NCBI GenBank assembly: GCA_951406725.2
Contig: OX597818.1
Location: 91,760,001-91,824,000 of the forward strand
DNA from: Octopus vulgaris
Taxonomy: Eukaryota
Direction: 5' to 3'
DNA length: 64,000 bases
The notes below the pieces were generated by a model. It saw only the letters and a program-made list of their open reading frames with translations, was not told the DNA's origin and did no database searches. The stretch's first letter is position 1. Each line of letters starts with the position of its first letter. Positions 1 to 13,500 of this stretch are shown here, one piece after another. The translations under genes were made by a program, and so were the position numbers.

Positions 1-227
1 TACTCTTTCACCACAGATTTCTCTCACACTTTATTTCTGTTGTACCTGTGTGTCAAAGGGCCAGCCTTGTCACACTCTATGTCACGCTGAATCTCCCCGA
101 GAACTATGTTAAGTGTACACGTGTCTGTGGAGTGCTCAGCCACTTTCACGTTAATTTCACAAGCAGGCTGTTCCGTTGATCGGTTCAGCTGGAACACTCG
201 TCGTCGTAACCGACGGAGTGCCTCCAT
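1..227 (+). mobile_element. 3' part of tRNA-derived SINE (family 1)
   Basis: Reverse complement of the body of the copy at 26208-26596 (GTGTCTGTGGAGTGCTCAGCCACTT...CAGGCTGTTCCGTTGATCGG). Confidence 0.8.
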
Positions 228-826
228 AGCCAGGTTATAAATGACCTGAAACAGCCAATGATGTGATTATAGCTCAGTAAGAACTTGAAATTTTAAAATC
301 GAATATGTCGGGTATAGATATTAACTAAATCATACAATATGTATTGGATATATAACTTTGCATCCTTTTAACTAACAATATAACATTTCCGAAACCTTAA
401 ACAGGATGCAGTACTCATGCCAGGCCTCAGGCGTCAAAGAGCACAAGGTATAATTTTTCATTCGGTGATCTCCAACGATTGATAATTTATTCACAAGTGG
501 AAGGTTCTTCGGCTTGACACCGTTCGGTAACATTAGTTGGAGTTTACCAGACTAAATTCATAATATGATACTAACTGTTTTGAGGACCTGACTGATTATA
601 AAAAATTTAATCCACGATATGAGAGTACGGAAAAAATGCTACAGTGTTCAGTACATTATATGAAATACACGCTTTTCCTCATTAGTGTCCGGTAATACAT
701 ACGCATACAAACGCTCGCACATGCAAAATATACTCATTCTTATAATATGTCAGGAATACATTTGGAATATTATTTTGTTAAAAACATGATATTCTGATAA
801 TGAAAAATAATTAAGAGCAAACTTAC

Positions 827-856
827 AGATCCATTTGTGTCCCTGGATCTCTGGAA
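827..856 (-). CDS. S-crystallin gene A, exon 4 (30-nt loop micro-exon, [10 protein letters not shown]); exons 5-6 lie beyond the left edge
   Basis: TTTTGCAG|TTCCAGAGATCCAGGGACACAAATGGATCT|GTAAGT; phase 0/0; paralogous to the 30-nt exon at 29707-29736. Confidence 0.88.
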
Positions 857-1172
857 CTGCAAAAGAGCAACGGTAAAAACTGTGTAAAGTATATAGAAAG
901 ATGGATGGATGGATGGATGGATAGACAGAAAAGATATAAATACATAGATAAAATAGAAATATATAGATGACTAGTGAGATAGATAGATAAATAGAAAGAT
1001 AGACAGACACACAGACAGAAGGATAGATAGATAGACAGATAGCTAAATAGACACACAGGCACACAGACAGAAACACAGACTGACACCCAAACATAGATAG
1101 AGAAATAGATAGATAGACAATTAGACAGATAGATAGACAAAGAGACAAACAGACATACATACAGACAGACAA

Positions 1173-1252
<80 letters not shown>

Positions 1253-1920
1253 CGCTTGATCTAACGTTTACTGCGTTGCACTCACGGTAGTGAGATCATA
1301 GTTCTGATTCTCGGACCGGGAAGTGAGACGTATTCTTAAGGAAAACACTTCATATCAAATTGCCTTGCGATCACATCGTCACTTCAACATCCGTTGCATG
1401 ACAGAACATGCAACAGTACAGAAAATGTCGATTAGAATTAGATGGAGGCTATTAGCGAATGCGAAGATCTAAATCATTTAGAGCAGTACATTTCTCAAGT
1501 CAAGTCCAGGATATATTCTATATAATCTGTCACATTATTGTGTCTCTAAGGCATGGATCAGTTTGTAGCGCTTTTCAAAATTCTATGTACATTACATGAT
1601 ATGTATCTCACATTGTATAAAGTACATTTGATGATCTTCCTTATATTCCATCCTACGTCAGTGTAGCCAACATAACACGGTCGACCATAACATGCCATGC
1701 AAAACTCAGTAAATAGAGTAATGGATCTTATTCACACCAGATGTCTGACAAGACAACCTGCATTAATGGATGGAGCGCAACTAGATGTATAGTATACCAC
1801 CCCCCGTAACGGACAGATGCAGGATGGATCGAAACGATCGTGTTTTGTAAAGATTCTTGCTAAATCTATTTTTCTGTTTCCCTCGTTCATTTGATGTATA
1901 TATATATAAATAGATAGATG

Positions 1921-1983
<63 letters not shown>

Positions 1984-1996
1984 GTGTGCGTGTGTG

Positions 1997-2285
1997 TGGA
2001 GACGCAATGGCCCAGTGGTTAAGGCAGTGGACTTGCGATGGTAGGATAGCGGTTTCGATTCCCAGACCGGGCGTTGTGAGAGTTTATTGAGCGAAAACTC
2101 CTGAGGCGCCGGCAGTGAATGGTGGCGATCCCTGCTGTTCTCTTTCGCCACAAGTTTCTCTCACACTTTCCTGTTGGCCTGCTCACTTAGCCAGCGGGTG
2201 GCGTCATTTGAAGGCTAAAACCATGCGAAGCCCATTGTGACCAGCGATGTATAACTACATCTGATAGCCTGGTCGGTCACGGTGA
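1997..2285 (+). mobile_element. tRNA-derived SINE (family 1 head, alternative tail) in gene A intron 3
   Basis: GTGGAGACGCAATGGCCCAGTGGTTAAGG...GGTTTCGATTCCC A/B-box head, as at 26596; ends in (TA)n. Confidence 0.75.
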
Positions 2286-2421
2286 TATATATATATATAT
2301 ATATATACTTAGAGATGTGTGAGAGACAGACGAGGCGAAAAATATTATTTTAGGATATATAGATGGAGGAAGGTGAGAATGAATAGATCGATATTAATAG
2401 GTTGTAATTTTCAATAATTAC

Positions 2422-2537
2422 CATCATTCTACAGTTGCCATCTTGGTACATCCTCAAGTAGTCATCCAAAATATCATAGAAACAGTCTGAAATGTAGTCG
2501 ACTCTGGCCATTTCGATGTTGCTTCTGCCATGGAATC
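2422..2537 (-). CDS. S-crystallin gene A, exon 3 ([39 protein letters not shown])
   Basis: TTTTCAG acceptor and GTAATT donor; 116 nt, same size as gene B exon 3; open frame. Confidence 0.95.
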
Positions 2538-3264
2538 CTGAAAAGATAATTTATTAAAACAAACATAATATCTCAGAAAACCACAATATTATCATTTAAT
2601 TCTTTATTTAAGACAATTTTATACAAGTCTTTATTTTTATATCTTCTGCTTTTCTTTAACTTGTTTCTGTTGTTGAGCTGCCGACATGCTGAGAGAGCGT
2701 CTTCATTATTTCAGTCTTCATAATTCTTCAATCTGGTACTTATTCAATCGTATTATTATTTTTTTTTTTTTGTTTTTTTGCTGCAGCACTTTGAATTAAC
2801 CGAGACCAGTTACCGTGCAATTCCAGAAGAACAAACAGAAATACATGTATATATCGTCGACTCCAGCTCGTATTCGCGCATTGGGTTCGTCAGTTCCCAT
2901 CCAGTCTTCTCGACTGATGTTTGTGTCGAAAGTGACTTTGGTGTCCAAGTCTGTGGTGAAAGAGTCGTGGGCAGAACTCGCACGGGATGGTCGGTGCAGG
3001 TCGAGGATGTTAAAGACACTCCTATCTTCTCCTGCATTTTACCTTCTCATTAGACGTCATAAGAATGTATAAATCTTTCGAGAGAACGTGGAATAATTCG
3101 CTTTCGGAATCGGTTCTCGAAGTACATATAATGCTATAAAAACAGTACATAAATATATGCACACACACACACATTCACACGCACACGAACACACACACAC
3201 AAAAACCTATACTCTAACGCTTATGCAGAAGTATACTCATCTAATCAATTATAATTTCCCTTAC

Positions 3265-3360
3265 CGAATTCCCTGGCCAAATATCTGGCCATAGCCATAC
3301 TCTGGGGAATCTGGGTCCTGTTGTCCAATTCCAGCATGGGCATCATTGAGCAAGGCATCT
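3265..3360 (-). CDS. S-crystallin gene A, exon 2 ([32 protein letters not shown])
   Basis: TTTGCAG acceptor and GTAAGG donor; 96 nt; GST-like QS[12 protein letters not shown] motif. Confidence 0.95.
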
Positions 3361-3389
3361 CTGCAAAGAAACAATAATAATAATAATTC

Positions 3390-4045
3390 ATTCTACTATA
3401 GTTACAAGGCTTGAAATATGAAGGGAATGGGATAGTGGATCAACTACTACTTATTTCCTCAACCTCATAAGGATTAAATGCAAAGTCGACCTCATCGACA
3501 TTTGAATTTTGAATATGAAACAGACAAAATCACGTTGAGTATTTTATCAAGCATGTTAACGACTCTGCCAACTCACCTCCTTAAAAAAAAAAAAAAATAA
3601 TAATAATAATCCTTTCTATTAAAGGTCTGAATCTTTGGAGGAGGGGACAAGTTGATTACATAGGGCCCAGTGATTCATTGGTACTTAATATATCGACCTG
3701 GAAAGAATGAAAGGTAAAGTCGATCTCGGCGAATGGGAACTCAGAACATAAAGAGGGACAAAATTGTTAGCAGCATTTTGTCTGGCGAGCTAACAACTCT
3801 GCCACCTCACCACCTTAATAGTAATGATAATAATAATAACAATAATAATAATAATAGTACTTTCTCTTCGAGGCACAAGGACTGAACTTTTGGTGGGAGG
3901 GTGACTAGTCGATTGCATCGACCCTAGTACTCAACTGTTACTTATTTCATCGACCCCGGATGGATGAAAGGGAAAGTCGACCTCGGCGGAATATGAACTC
4001 AGTACATTTTGCCCGGCGTGCTAACGATTCTGCCATCTCGCCGCC

Positions 4046-4093
<48 letters not shown>

Positions 4094-4163
4094 GTCGATC
4101 TCGGCGGAATATGAACTCAGTACATTTTGCCCGGCGTGCTAACGATTCTGCCATCTCGCCGCC

Positions 4164-4165
<2 letters not shown>
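3390..4165 (-). mobile_element. Stack of three family-2 SINE copies plus a partial duplicate, separated by (AAT)n
   Basis: Recurrent variants of GGATGAAAGGNAAAGTCGACCTCGGCG...GAACTCAG...CTAACGATTCTGCC, the reverse complement of the copy at 5001-5225. Confidence 0.8.
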
Positions 4166-4216
<51 letters not shown>

Positions 4217-5000
4217 CCGGTGTTATCTAATAATAATATCAATAATAATAACAATAATAATAATAATAATAGTAATAATGATAATAATGATGATGATGAT
4301 GATGATGATTTATTGGATAACAATATTGGATGTACAAAGTTACTCACAGAATATTTTGTAAGAACAAATACATTGATCCCTGTACTTGATTCGTAATGAA
4401 GTTTATCGAGCATGGATGTATGAAAGATAAGGTATTTTTGAATTCTTTTCATATAATGCGATATTAACAGATATCCCAACTTATTTATTATTCTGATGCT
4501 TAATCGGGTGTGCAATTCAACTACCACTTATTGACATTGGCACAAAGCCATAAATCTGTGTAGGGGTGAAGGTAATCGAAATGATTCTGATATACCGTAT
4601 TTACATTTTGCTTCCCAGACCTCTAAAATAGTGATGAAATTCATAGTTCATCCTGGTGAGTCTTCAAACTGAACATAAAGAAAGAAAAATTAAAGGGGAT
4701 GATGCAGATAAATCTTTCATTTACTATTTGTGCTGCCCATTATCTTTATCTCTATTTTACGTATGAGTAGTTATATTTAACTCCTCATGATTACAGCTAC
4801 TGAAAATATTTCAGAAGGCTTAAAAATCATTCTGTTTTTGTTGTTTATTTTTAATATCAACTATTTTGGTTTACTTATATTTTCATTCTATAAGAGAGAG
4901 CATAATCATCATCATGGTTTCGAATCAGCTTGTTGGCAGTTACCTCAAAATTGGTTTCATTTTTTATTTCATGTTCTATATATTTAGATTAAATTGTAAA

Positions 5001-5225
5001 AGGCGGCGAGCTGGTAGAAACTTTAGCGCGCCGGGCGAAAGGCTTAGCGGTATTTCGTCTGTCGTTACGTTCTGAGTTCAAATTCCACCGAGGTCGACTT
5101 TGCCTTTCATTCTTTCGGGGTCAATAAAGTGCCAGTTACGCACTGGGGGCGATGTAATCGACTTAATCCCTTTGTCTGTCCGTGTTTGTCCCCTCTATGT
5201 TTAGTCCCTTGTGGGTAGTAAAGAA
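5001..5225 (+). mobile_element. Family-2 SINE (other copies ~30505-30640+, 35100-35265+, 36890-37030-, 50307-50530+, 59720-59934-)
   Basis: AGGCGGCGAGCTGGTAGAAAC...GAGTTCAAATTCC...GAGGTCGACTTTGCCTTTCAT recurs across the window; the central block resembles the Deu/Nin-type SINE domain (from memory). Confidence 0.8.
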
Positions 5226-7255
5226 ATGTATATTTAGATTAAATTGCAAATCTAAAACATCTAGAAATTCCTTTCTTTATCTTGACATTTGCCTCAAAGG
5301 CTAATATGGGGGCAAATGTAAATATCCCCCCAAAATATACTACTCTTAAATTCTTTTAGCAGTAATTTTATTTGACAAGATACAACTGCAATTGTTATAG
5401 CTGATTCAAAATAAAATCTATTCTAAACCTTTTTATATTTATTCAACCGGCAAAATGTTTAAGAAAATCGTTCTCGAACCAGTTTGAATTGAGAAGGTTG
5501 ACAGATAAAATTATCTACTGTCAGGTATTTATTTTCATTTTTATATATATTTAGTTAGGTATAATACATTATTCGATGCCTTCTATACATATAAGAATAA
5601 TATATTTAGTCTGGCACAATAAACTATCTGAAGCCTGATCGCATAAGTATTAGAATATGTTACTGAAAATCATTTTTCTTTCATGCTTAAATAGGATGTT
5701 TCGAAACCCAAAGAAAATTTCCGGGTATTCATGATTGCATTCTATTACGATTTGATCATTTTACTTATCAGAATGAACTGCAGTATAAAGAAGCTCGTTA
5801 TCATTTATTTGCAAAATAGCATGTATGACGCTCACTTATAGCACGCGAATGCTATATCAATGTAGTACCTAACAATGAAAGTAGATTAGTTAAGGGAGTG
5901 GACTATGTGTCTAGTTCCCTTTACAACTATTTGAAATTGACATAATTTCTATAGAGCTTCATTGTATCTATGGTGTACTATACTCCATCTAGACATAGAG
6001 CTACCGCTAAGAGCAATAATAATGCTGTATATTTATCGCTTATTTTCTCACTTTACAGTTTTTGTTAAGTTTCTTGGTGTATATAGCCTTAAATAAACCT
6101 TAAATGTAGGGATTAAAGTAAAAAAAAAATGATGGGCTAAATCGATTAGGAAGAAGTATTAAACGCAGAAAAATCTCATCAAAGATAGAAAATAAAATAA
6201 AACCGTTAATGACATCAATAAAGCTTTAAAAAATAATGTGGATGTTATAGTTTCTGCTACATGTTATATAATTGTGATAGTAATTTACACCAGTTAGACT
6301 GGGCTATTATAGGTCCGTATTTCATAGGGATATATTAACAGATACAGGAGTGAAAATAACATCTGATCATGCATCAGCTAGGGTGTTTCGTGTCTGTGAC
6401 ACATTGAAGAGATATTAGTGACCTGCGAGATTAATACCAATAATCTCCCAAGGTGATCTGGTGGACATAGCTGAGAATGTATTAGTCTTAATGTGTTTTG
6501 CTAAGAATGAATGCTAACGGCGTATTGGCAGAGTTATTATATTTTTGGGTAGAATGCGACGTGTTATTTTGTTCTGACACTCTTCAATCTGAATTCAAAT
6601 TATGCCTTGACATTCTTTGATCCGTTTGCGATTGCTGAAAATACACCAATTCAAGGCACAGGATTTGGCGGCATTGGGCAAAAATATTTGCATTACTTGG
6701 TCTATCCGACTGTTTTAGTTCTGCTGGCAAAGCCTGCAGCAACGACACTGGTATTAGTGTAATAGCTGGAAGACGCCAGTTTTTATGTTGAATAAAAGAA
6801 GAGAAAAGCTTCCTCGCATGTGCACTTGCCGGTAATAAAAAAAAAAACTTCTCCAGACCTGTGTATTTAAGTGTACATATATGTCAAATCTAACCTATGG
6901 AAGCCCTCGTGATCAGAACACAATGAAACATATTCAACGGTTTTGATATCCCAGCCTATAAATGTCTTGTCGCTTACCTGAATCATTCAGCTGCCTCGCT
7001 TCCCTACATAAATTATTAGTGAAAAATTAAACTACACGTAGCATATTTTTCCCAATACTGTAAATATTATGGTAACAACTTTCAACTAGCTCGGGTCATA
7101 AGTTTCTTTGGGAAAATTATAGTCAATTCAATCAATCATCGTTTATCAAAAACAAATCAACTTAATACGGAGTTTGAGTGACAAATATGGCGGCAATTTT
7201 CCAAATAATGACCGCCCAGTTCCATACAATTTAGGTGGGGTCGGGGAGATTATTT

Positions 7256-7302
<47 letters not shown>

Positions 7303-8254
7303 CGGAACATTAAACGAGATTCAAACATCATGTACTTTGCATTGAAACTCATCGCTCCAAATCTTTCTTTAATATTTTGATTTTAAGAAACACGTTATAG
7401 GGAACCACTATTTATATTAAATCTCATTTCTTTGTCTTTCGTTTCATTTACTAAAATTCTAATGGAAATAGATGAAGGTTGGTTTGATTTAGGTTTCAAT
7501 GGCGATAAGCGATCGGGGATCAGAATATCACCATGTATAGAGTGAAAACTAGTTTACTTGCTATGACTTTATATGCTATAACTAGTTTATTACTTGAAAT
7601 ATTTTCAAATTTGTAGAAGATTGACATGAAGAAGTTGGTTGCATTTGCCTTGCAAATCTAGACTTGCACAACTAAAATCCCAGATGAAGTGATACTATCT
7701 CACATTATATCACATGATGCATATCAGAAGGAGATGGACATCAATATTTTCCAATTGCATAGACAGTGGTGTTGTTTGTTCTCTTAAAATATGCAAGTGT
7801 CATGATCATTTCACTTGTGCCTCGACTAACTTACAAGAAGAAAGAGACGTTGGTATTTAAGCGGATATACCATGAGATATCAGACAGCTGCTTTGCAATA
7901 TAAACCTACGATAGATCAGTTTACAACTAAGTAGAAAAGGTTTAACACAATATTTCAACTTTGCTAAAGCATTCTTCACATATGTATTCATGTATTTATC
8001 TCTAGGTCAGACTAAATCGAGCTTCGCTACGTCGATACTTGACACGGTCATTACCAATATACTCCAGGCATATATTTATGCATTTATGTTCATGCTGGTC
8101 TTGAATCGTCTCTATGTTATTCGAAACCGAAGAGTAAGTACGGAAGCCACTACAAGGCATTTCCAACATTCGTAAGATAAATAGAATTAAAAGTTACGAC
8201 AGTTTCTTAAATGCAGATTAGTTTTCAATGAGCAGATCTAAAAAAAAATAATAA

Positions 8255-8500
8255 ATGCGCCCTTTAAAAGCCTAGCCAGGCTCATGGGCCCGGTTTTCCG
8301 GTTTCCATGGCGCATGTGTTCCCAAGCTGTATGGGACGCCAGTCCATCGGAACGTTACTCATTTTTGCCAGCTGGGCTGGAGCAACGCGAAATGAAGTGT
8401 TTTGCTCAAGAACACAACGCGTCACCCGGTCCAGAAATCGAAACTACAATCATACGATCATGATGCTGACACCCTAACCAATAAGCCACGCGCCTCCACT
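8255..8500 (-). mobile_element. tRNA-derived SINE with CORE-like block in gene A intron 1
   Basis: Minus-strand head GTGGAGGCGCGTGGCTTATTGGTTAGG...GTGTTCTTGAGCAAAACACTTCATTTC, shared with 49218-49561 and 56110-56447. Confidence 0.75.
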
Positions 8501-8721
8501 GAGCAGATCTATACTCAAATTATTCCAGCCATAACATCTCGTCTGTTTCCAGACATAATGCACTCACGGCTACCTTATTTAATATGTCTTTATTTTCTTA
8601 AGTTAATAAAATGTTATTTGAGAGATGAGCAATTGAAATTAGATCAGTGATTGCTCAGACACTCGCTTTTGGCATGGTTGAGTGAGGGAAGAATAATGAA
8701 AGAAAACAAATAAGCACTTAC

Positions 8722-8854
8722 TGCTTCTCATATTGTCCCATTCTGAAGACTCGATCCTGCGGTCATTGTACTGCACACCAGCAGCTGCAAAGAGCATACG
8801 GCAGATCTCGGCACGGCCACGGTGGTTGAAGTAGTGGAGAGTGTAGGAAGGCAT
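8722..8854 (-). CDS. S-crystallin gene A, exon 1 ([44 protein letters not shown])
   Basis: Characteristic cephalopod S-crystallin/sigma-GST N-terminus; ATG at 8854; GTAAGT donor after 8722; 133 nt, phase 1. Confidence 0.97.
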
Positions 8855-8973
8855 GTTTGATGTTTGTTAGATGATGTTGCAAATTCAACGGTGTACTTAA
8901 CTGGAGAGCTGTGAAGAGCCACAAGTTAAGATCAAATGAATGTCAGTTGTGCTGCGTACTGCTGCAGATTCCT

Positions 8974-9016
8974 CTTATATAGGAAAACTGTAATTACTCA
9001 CAGTAATTAAATGTCC
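8974..9016 (-). promoter_or_regulatory. Gene A TATA box and adjacent conserved upstream element
   Basis: CTATATAAG at 8974-8982, ~120 nt upstream of the ATG; GGACATTTAATTACTGTGAGTAATTA at 8991-9016 aligns with the gene B promoter. Confidence 0.7.
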
Positions 9017-9519
9017 TCCACTATTTACTCTCTTTGAACTGTTAAAGTTCTCCCTCCCTCTATATATTTTCCACTTTTTCTTTTTCGATTACTCTCACTC
9101 TTTCTCTCGTCTCTTATTCTCTCTGCCATAGACATATGCCCAGCTCAACTGCCGCTCATTACAGGTGTAACAAGAAATAAATGACTGCTAATTCCTAATT
9201 TAATGAAACATTCTAACAATTGGTGCCACCCAGAACAGACCACAACAAAAACAACGACAAGCAGAAACATAAAAAAAAAAACTGTCTGTCCATTTCTGCT
9301 AACCTCTCCTACCCCTCTCTTGTTCTCTCTTTCTCTTTTTTCTCTATGTGCACACTCACACACACACACACATATACACATGTATGTGCTACGTATATAT
9401 TACACTAAACGCATACATGTATATGTGCACAGATTGTATAAGTGAATGCGTGTGCATGTTCGAGGGTGTGTGTGACGGTGTCCTTCTAATTGGAGACAAT
9501 TTCAGTCTAGTTCGAGTAG

Positions 9520-9610
<91 letters not shown>

Positions 9611-10415
9611 GCAAATGCATATATGAATACATGGCAAGATACCTATTTATCTCTCCCTCCTTCTCGCTCTTCCGCACTTAGTCTTCTTCTTTATGTGTAA
9701 GTGAGTATTTGTGTGTGTGCGTCGGTGTGTGCCTGCGTATGTCTATAAGGCGGGTGGGGGGTTCCATGCACATGTGCTAATGTATGTGTGTGTATATGGT
9801 AGTGAGGTGGGTGTTATTTTCTATGCATGTCCGTATTTTGAGGTAATTTGTTTCAGTGTAGACTACTGTTGAACAATGGAGCATTTCTGATTTGATGCCA
9901 GTATGATTCAGCTTTTGTTCAGATTTTGGCAGATTAGTGTACCGGAATGGCACTGCAGTAAGTGTCTGACAACCCGGAGAGCAGTGTCTCTTTCATTATG
10001 GCAGTCATCGTCATACTCATTGTCATCATAATCATCGTCATCATCATCAACATTATCATCAGCATTATTCTAACCAAGAATGTCACTATTATCATCATTA
10101 GCAGCAGACAGTTGGCAAAAATAGAGTGACAGATTAAACTCGTTTCAAAATTTAATCTCGTCATCTTGAATTTCCTGTTCTGAGATTCCAAAGGGGCCAG
10201 TTTTCATTCTACTAGAGGGGGTGCTATTAATAAATGTGTGCCAGTACACCTGACTAAAAGCTCCCCTAGAATGAATGATTGCATATAAATATATATATAA
10301 TAAATTCTCGAGAGATAATAGATATTTAGCATATTATAAGCAAAAACATAGAAAGTGACCTCGATATCACTGTTAAATTAGTTTTATTGTAAAATAATAT
10401 ATATACACATGTGTA

Positions 10416-10450
<35 letters not shown>

Positions 10451-10503
10451 TTGTGTCGGTGCTCCAGCATGGCCGCAGTTAAATGACTGAAATAAATAAA
10501 AGA

Positions 10504-10562
<59 letters not shown>

Positions 10563-13500
10563 TAAATACATATACTTATATATATATACACACACACATA
10601 TATAAACACTTATATATGCGTTGTACATATATTTATTTGTATTATATATACATATATGTGTGTGTGTATTCTTATTCTACTCTTCGTCATAATAATCATC
10701 ATATTGATCATCATAATTATAGATTTTATTTAAATGTAACTATAATCTCTAAACTTATTCGCTATCTCCATCGACAATTTCCTTTTGTAAAATCCTCAAC
10801 AAACCTCGCTATTGGCGAATTAGGTGAAACACACAATGCTTCAACCACAGTGGCCTTTCAACTATAACGTCATAACTCACTTACCCTCTTGTAACAGCAT
10901 TTGGCTACAATTTCAATCAACCCCAGAAAAAATGTTATGACAGTAGCCTTTTTCACTGCAAGCTTCATTCTTTCATAAATTGCTAAAGAGCTTTGTTGAT
11001 TCTTGCCACTAGGTAATTCTTAAACTTCGGGAATCCCTCCATATCATTATTATGAATGCAGGCTGTTAGAGTGGTAATTCTATTGACGCATGTTAAATTT
11101 TCTATCATTCATTTTCCATTTTATTACTTACAACTCAACAAAGCACAAAGAGACACTTTGGTTAATCTTTCCTTCACTTTTTTGTTTTTGTGCCCATTTG
11201 AGAAACCCACTCCTTTCCATTCTATCAAACAAGGCAAAGCGTCTCGAAGATTGCATTTAAGCTATTCATCAACAGTATTCCTGAGATGGTCGTGGCGTTA
11301 GAGTCTCAGGCAACACCTACGTAGGATTATTTGAGAAGAAACCATCATTATGATTTCTGACTGAATCCCCTGTTATTAAGTATATCATCCACCTATCTCA
11401 CTCTGGTTCTAGCCCTAGTTCTCCTGCCAATCAACTCGGATGACGAATCCGTCTGGCGATTCTTTCTTGCAACATCCCAGTCACAAATCCGTATTACTGT
11501 AGCTGTAACCTCTCAATGCAGAGAAATTTTCATGCGGTAAGCAAATGTAGCTGTTGCAAGGATCGCCACCACTTTGGGATATTGGGAAGGAAGAGTATAT
11601 ATTATTAGTAAACAATATTGAAGATATTCCCTTCTTTCGGAATGCGGTGCAATTTTGTGTTTTATCATAGACTAAGATAGAGGAAACTATGATACTAGTA
11701 CGGAGCAGAAAAGATAATTATGTTAATTTAAATCTTTTGTGATCCCATACCTCGCCTCTTGGAACAAGTTGCTGGTTTATTGTTGGTTGTATCTCATCAT
11801 TGGGTAGGGAATGCAATATATTTTTCAAACAGAACCCTCTCAGATCCGAATGCGTTCATTAACACATGCGACAAGTTTGAAACCTTTTCATATTGCACAC
11901 TTTGGGCGGGTGTCTTATTTGTGCAAAGCATCAAGCTGGTTTTGTATTTGACCCACGAAATACGTTTCAAAGTGGATGCTGGAATGGAGGAAGAGGGCGC
12001 ATTCTCCCCTCTCCTTTTCATATTTTATATGAACTGGATTGATGTGAGCAGCCCTTGGGGAAATCGTAACACAGTCGGTAGTATAGGCGTAGAATCTATT
12101 AAATTGAAATTATTTTAGATTTTATTCTCAGGAATTCTTTGGTGAACTAGTGAAATTAAGAGTAGAATGAAAATCATTCTAAGTAGGCTCTCATGAAATT
12201 ACGATATTGATTCGTTTAAAATTTGTTTGAAAATCTATAGTTAATGGAACAGTGATCTGATCTCATAGCATAAATTTTATAAGAAAACAAGGACTGTCTT
12301 GGTGTAGAGCTCATTGACAAAACACGAATGCGCTGAATAGTTAAACGGAAAATGTTCATTTGCATCCATTAGCTATGTATGAAAGGAACCGTTAATCAAA
12401 TATCGCGTGAGTTACTTCTTCAAAAAATCGATGGCAAAACATATCGATACTCTAACGTATCTTTTTGAAAATTTTCAAATAAATACATATATACGATAAT
12501 ATTATTTACCTTGCGATATTTCATAATGTCACGATAGAGTTACATGACATAGGATATAATTAACAAATAGTATTTAAATCAATTTAATGTACAGGGTGGT
12601 CCGAAAGTCTTGCCACCACCTGTAAATATTGTTTTAATTTTTTATTATCAAGGAGAGAGTTTCACAAGAGCGATACCAGAATAGCTAACAGTTGAAGGAC
12701 GCTGTTTTGTTAGCCTTTGCAACAATCACCAAAGCACAGCTTTGTAAATTATCACACAGGACATGGGGCCGCGTCATTCTGTGCCACAAAAATGATGGTG
12801 TTCATATAGACCTTCTCAATGTGTGACAGTGTCGTGTCAATGAAAGCGAATATACTCAAACCAGACATGTGTTTGATATTAGTATATTGTTCCTCTGTTG
12901 TTATTACTTTCTGCTAGAGGGTGACACCCTATATATAATGCCATTATTAAAAGTCATAGCAAATTCCAATTTTTGCATCTGAACTGCTTTCCTGTATACA
13001 AATGTCACACTTTATTATATACCTTAACATTTTAGATAAATTATTTTAATACCAATGGAAAATGGCTCTTCAGTTCTGATTTTTCCCCCATATTTTATAT
13101 AGTTGAAACATATTCTTAACTTCAATGGTCCACACATTTAATTGAGTCCATTGTCATCATTTTGTCGTTAAGAAGTGTTATATATTTATATTTAAATTAC
13201 GATATTATTTCTCACAAGTTTCTCACCGCTTCTCTTATGTTCCAGATTATAAATAATTTATTCTTTACATGAAAAGACAAATATAGATCTTTTCAAATCT
13301 GAAAACGATCTGATATATTATAAGGAATAATTTTCCGGGCGTAATTAAAACTGAACTTAAAACTCAAATTTGAAGAAACTCAATTTTAAAGAAATTTAAA
13401 TTCTAATAGCATATATGTACATTGTGAAACTTACAGTTGGTTTTTACTCTATACACACATTACAACAACTCATTGCTTTCAGAAAGATACGAACTCTCGA

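Noticed and set aside
8639-8721. C-terminal part of ORF 8639-8854 (SKCLFVFF...)
   Set aside because: Read-through into intron 1 past the GTAAGT donor; likewise the N-terminal 28 aa of ORF 26988-27236 is intronic.
10780-12120. Complex-sequence stretch with short ORFs, possibly an old transposon
   Set aside because: No diagnostic motif recognisable by eye.
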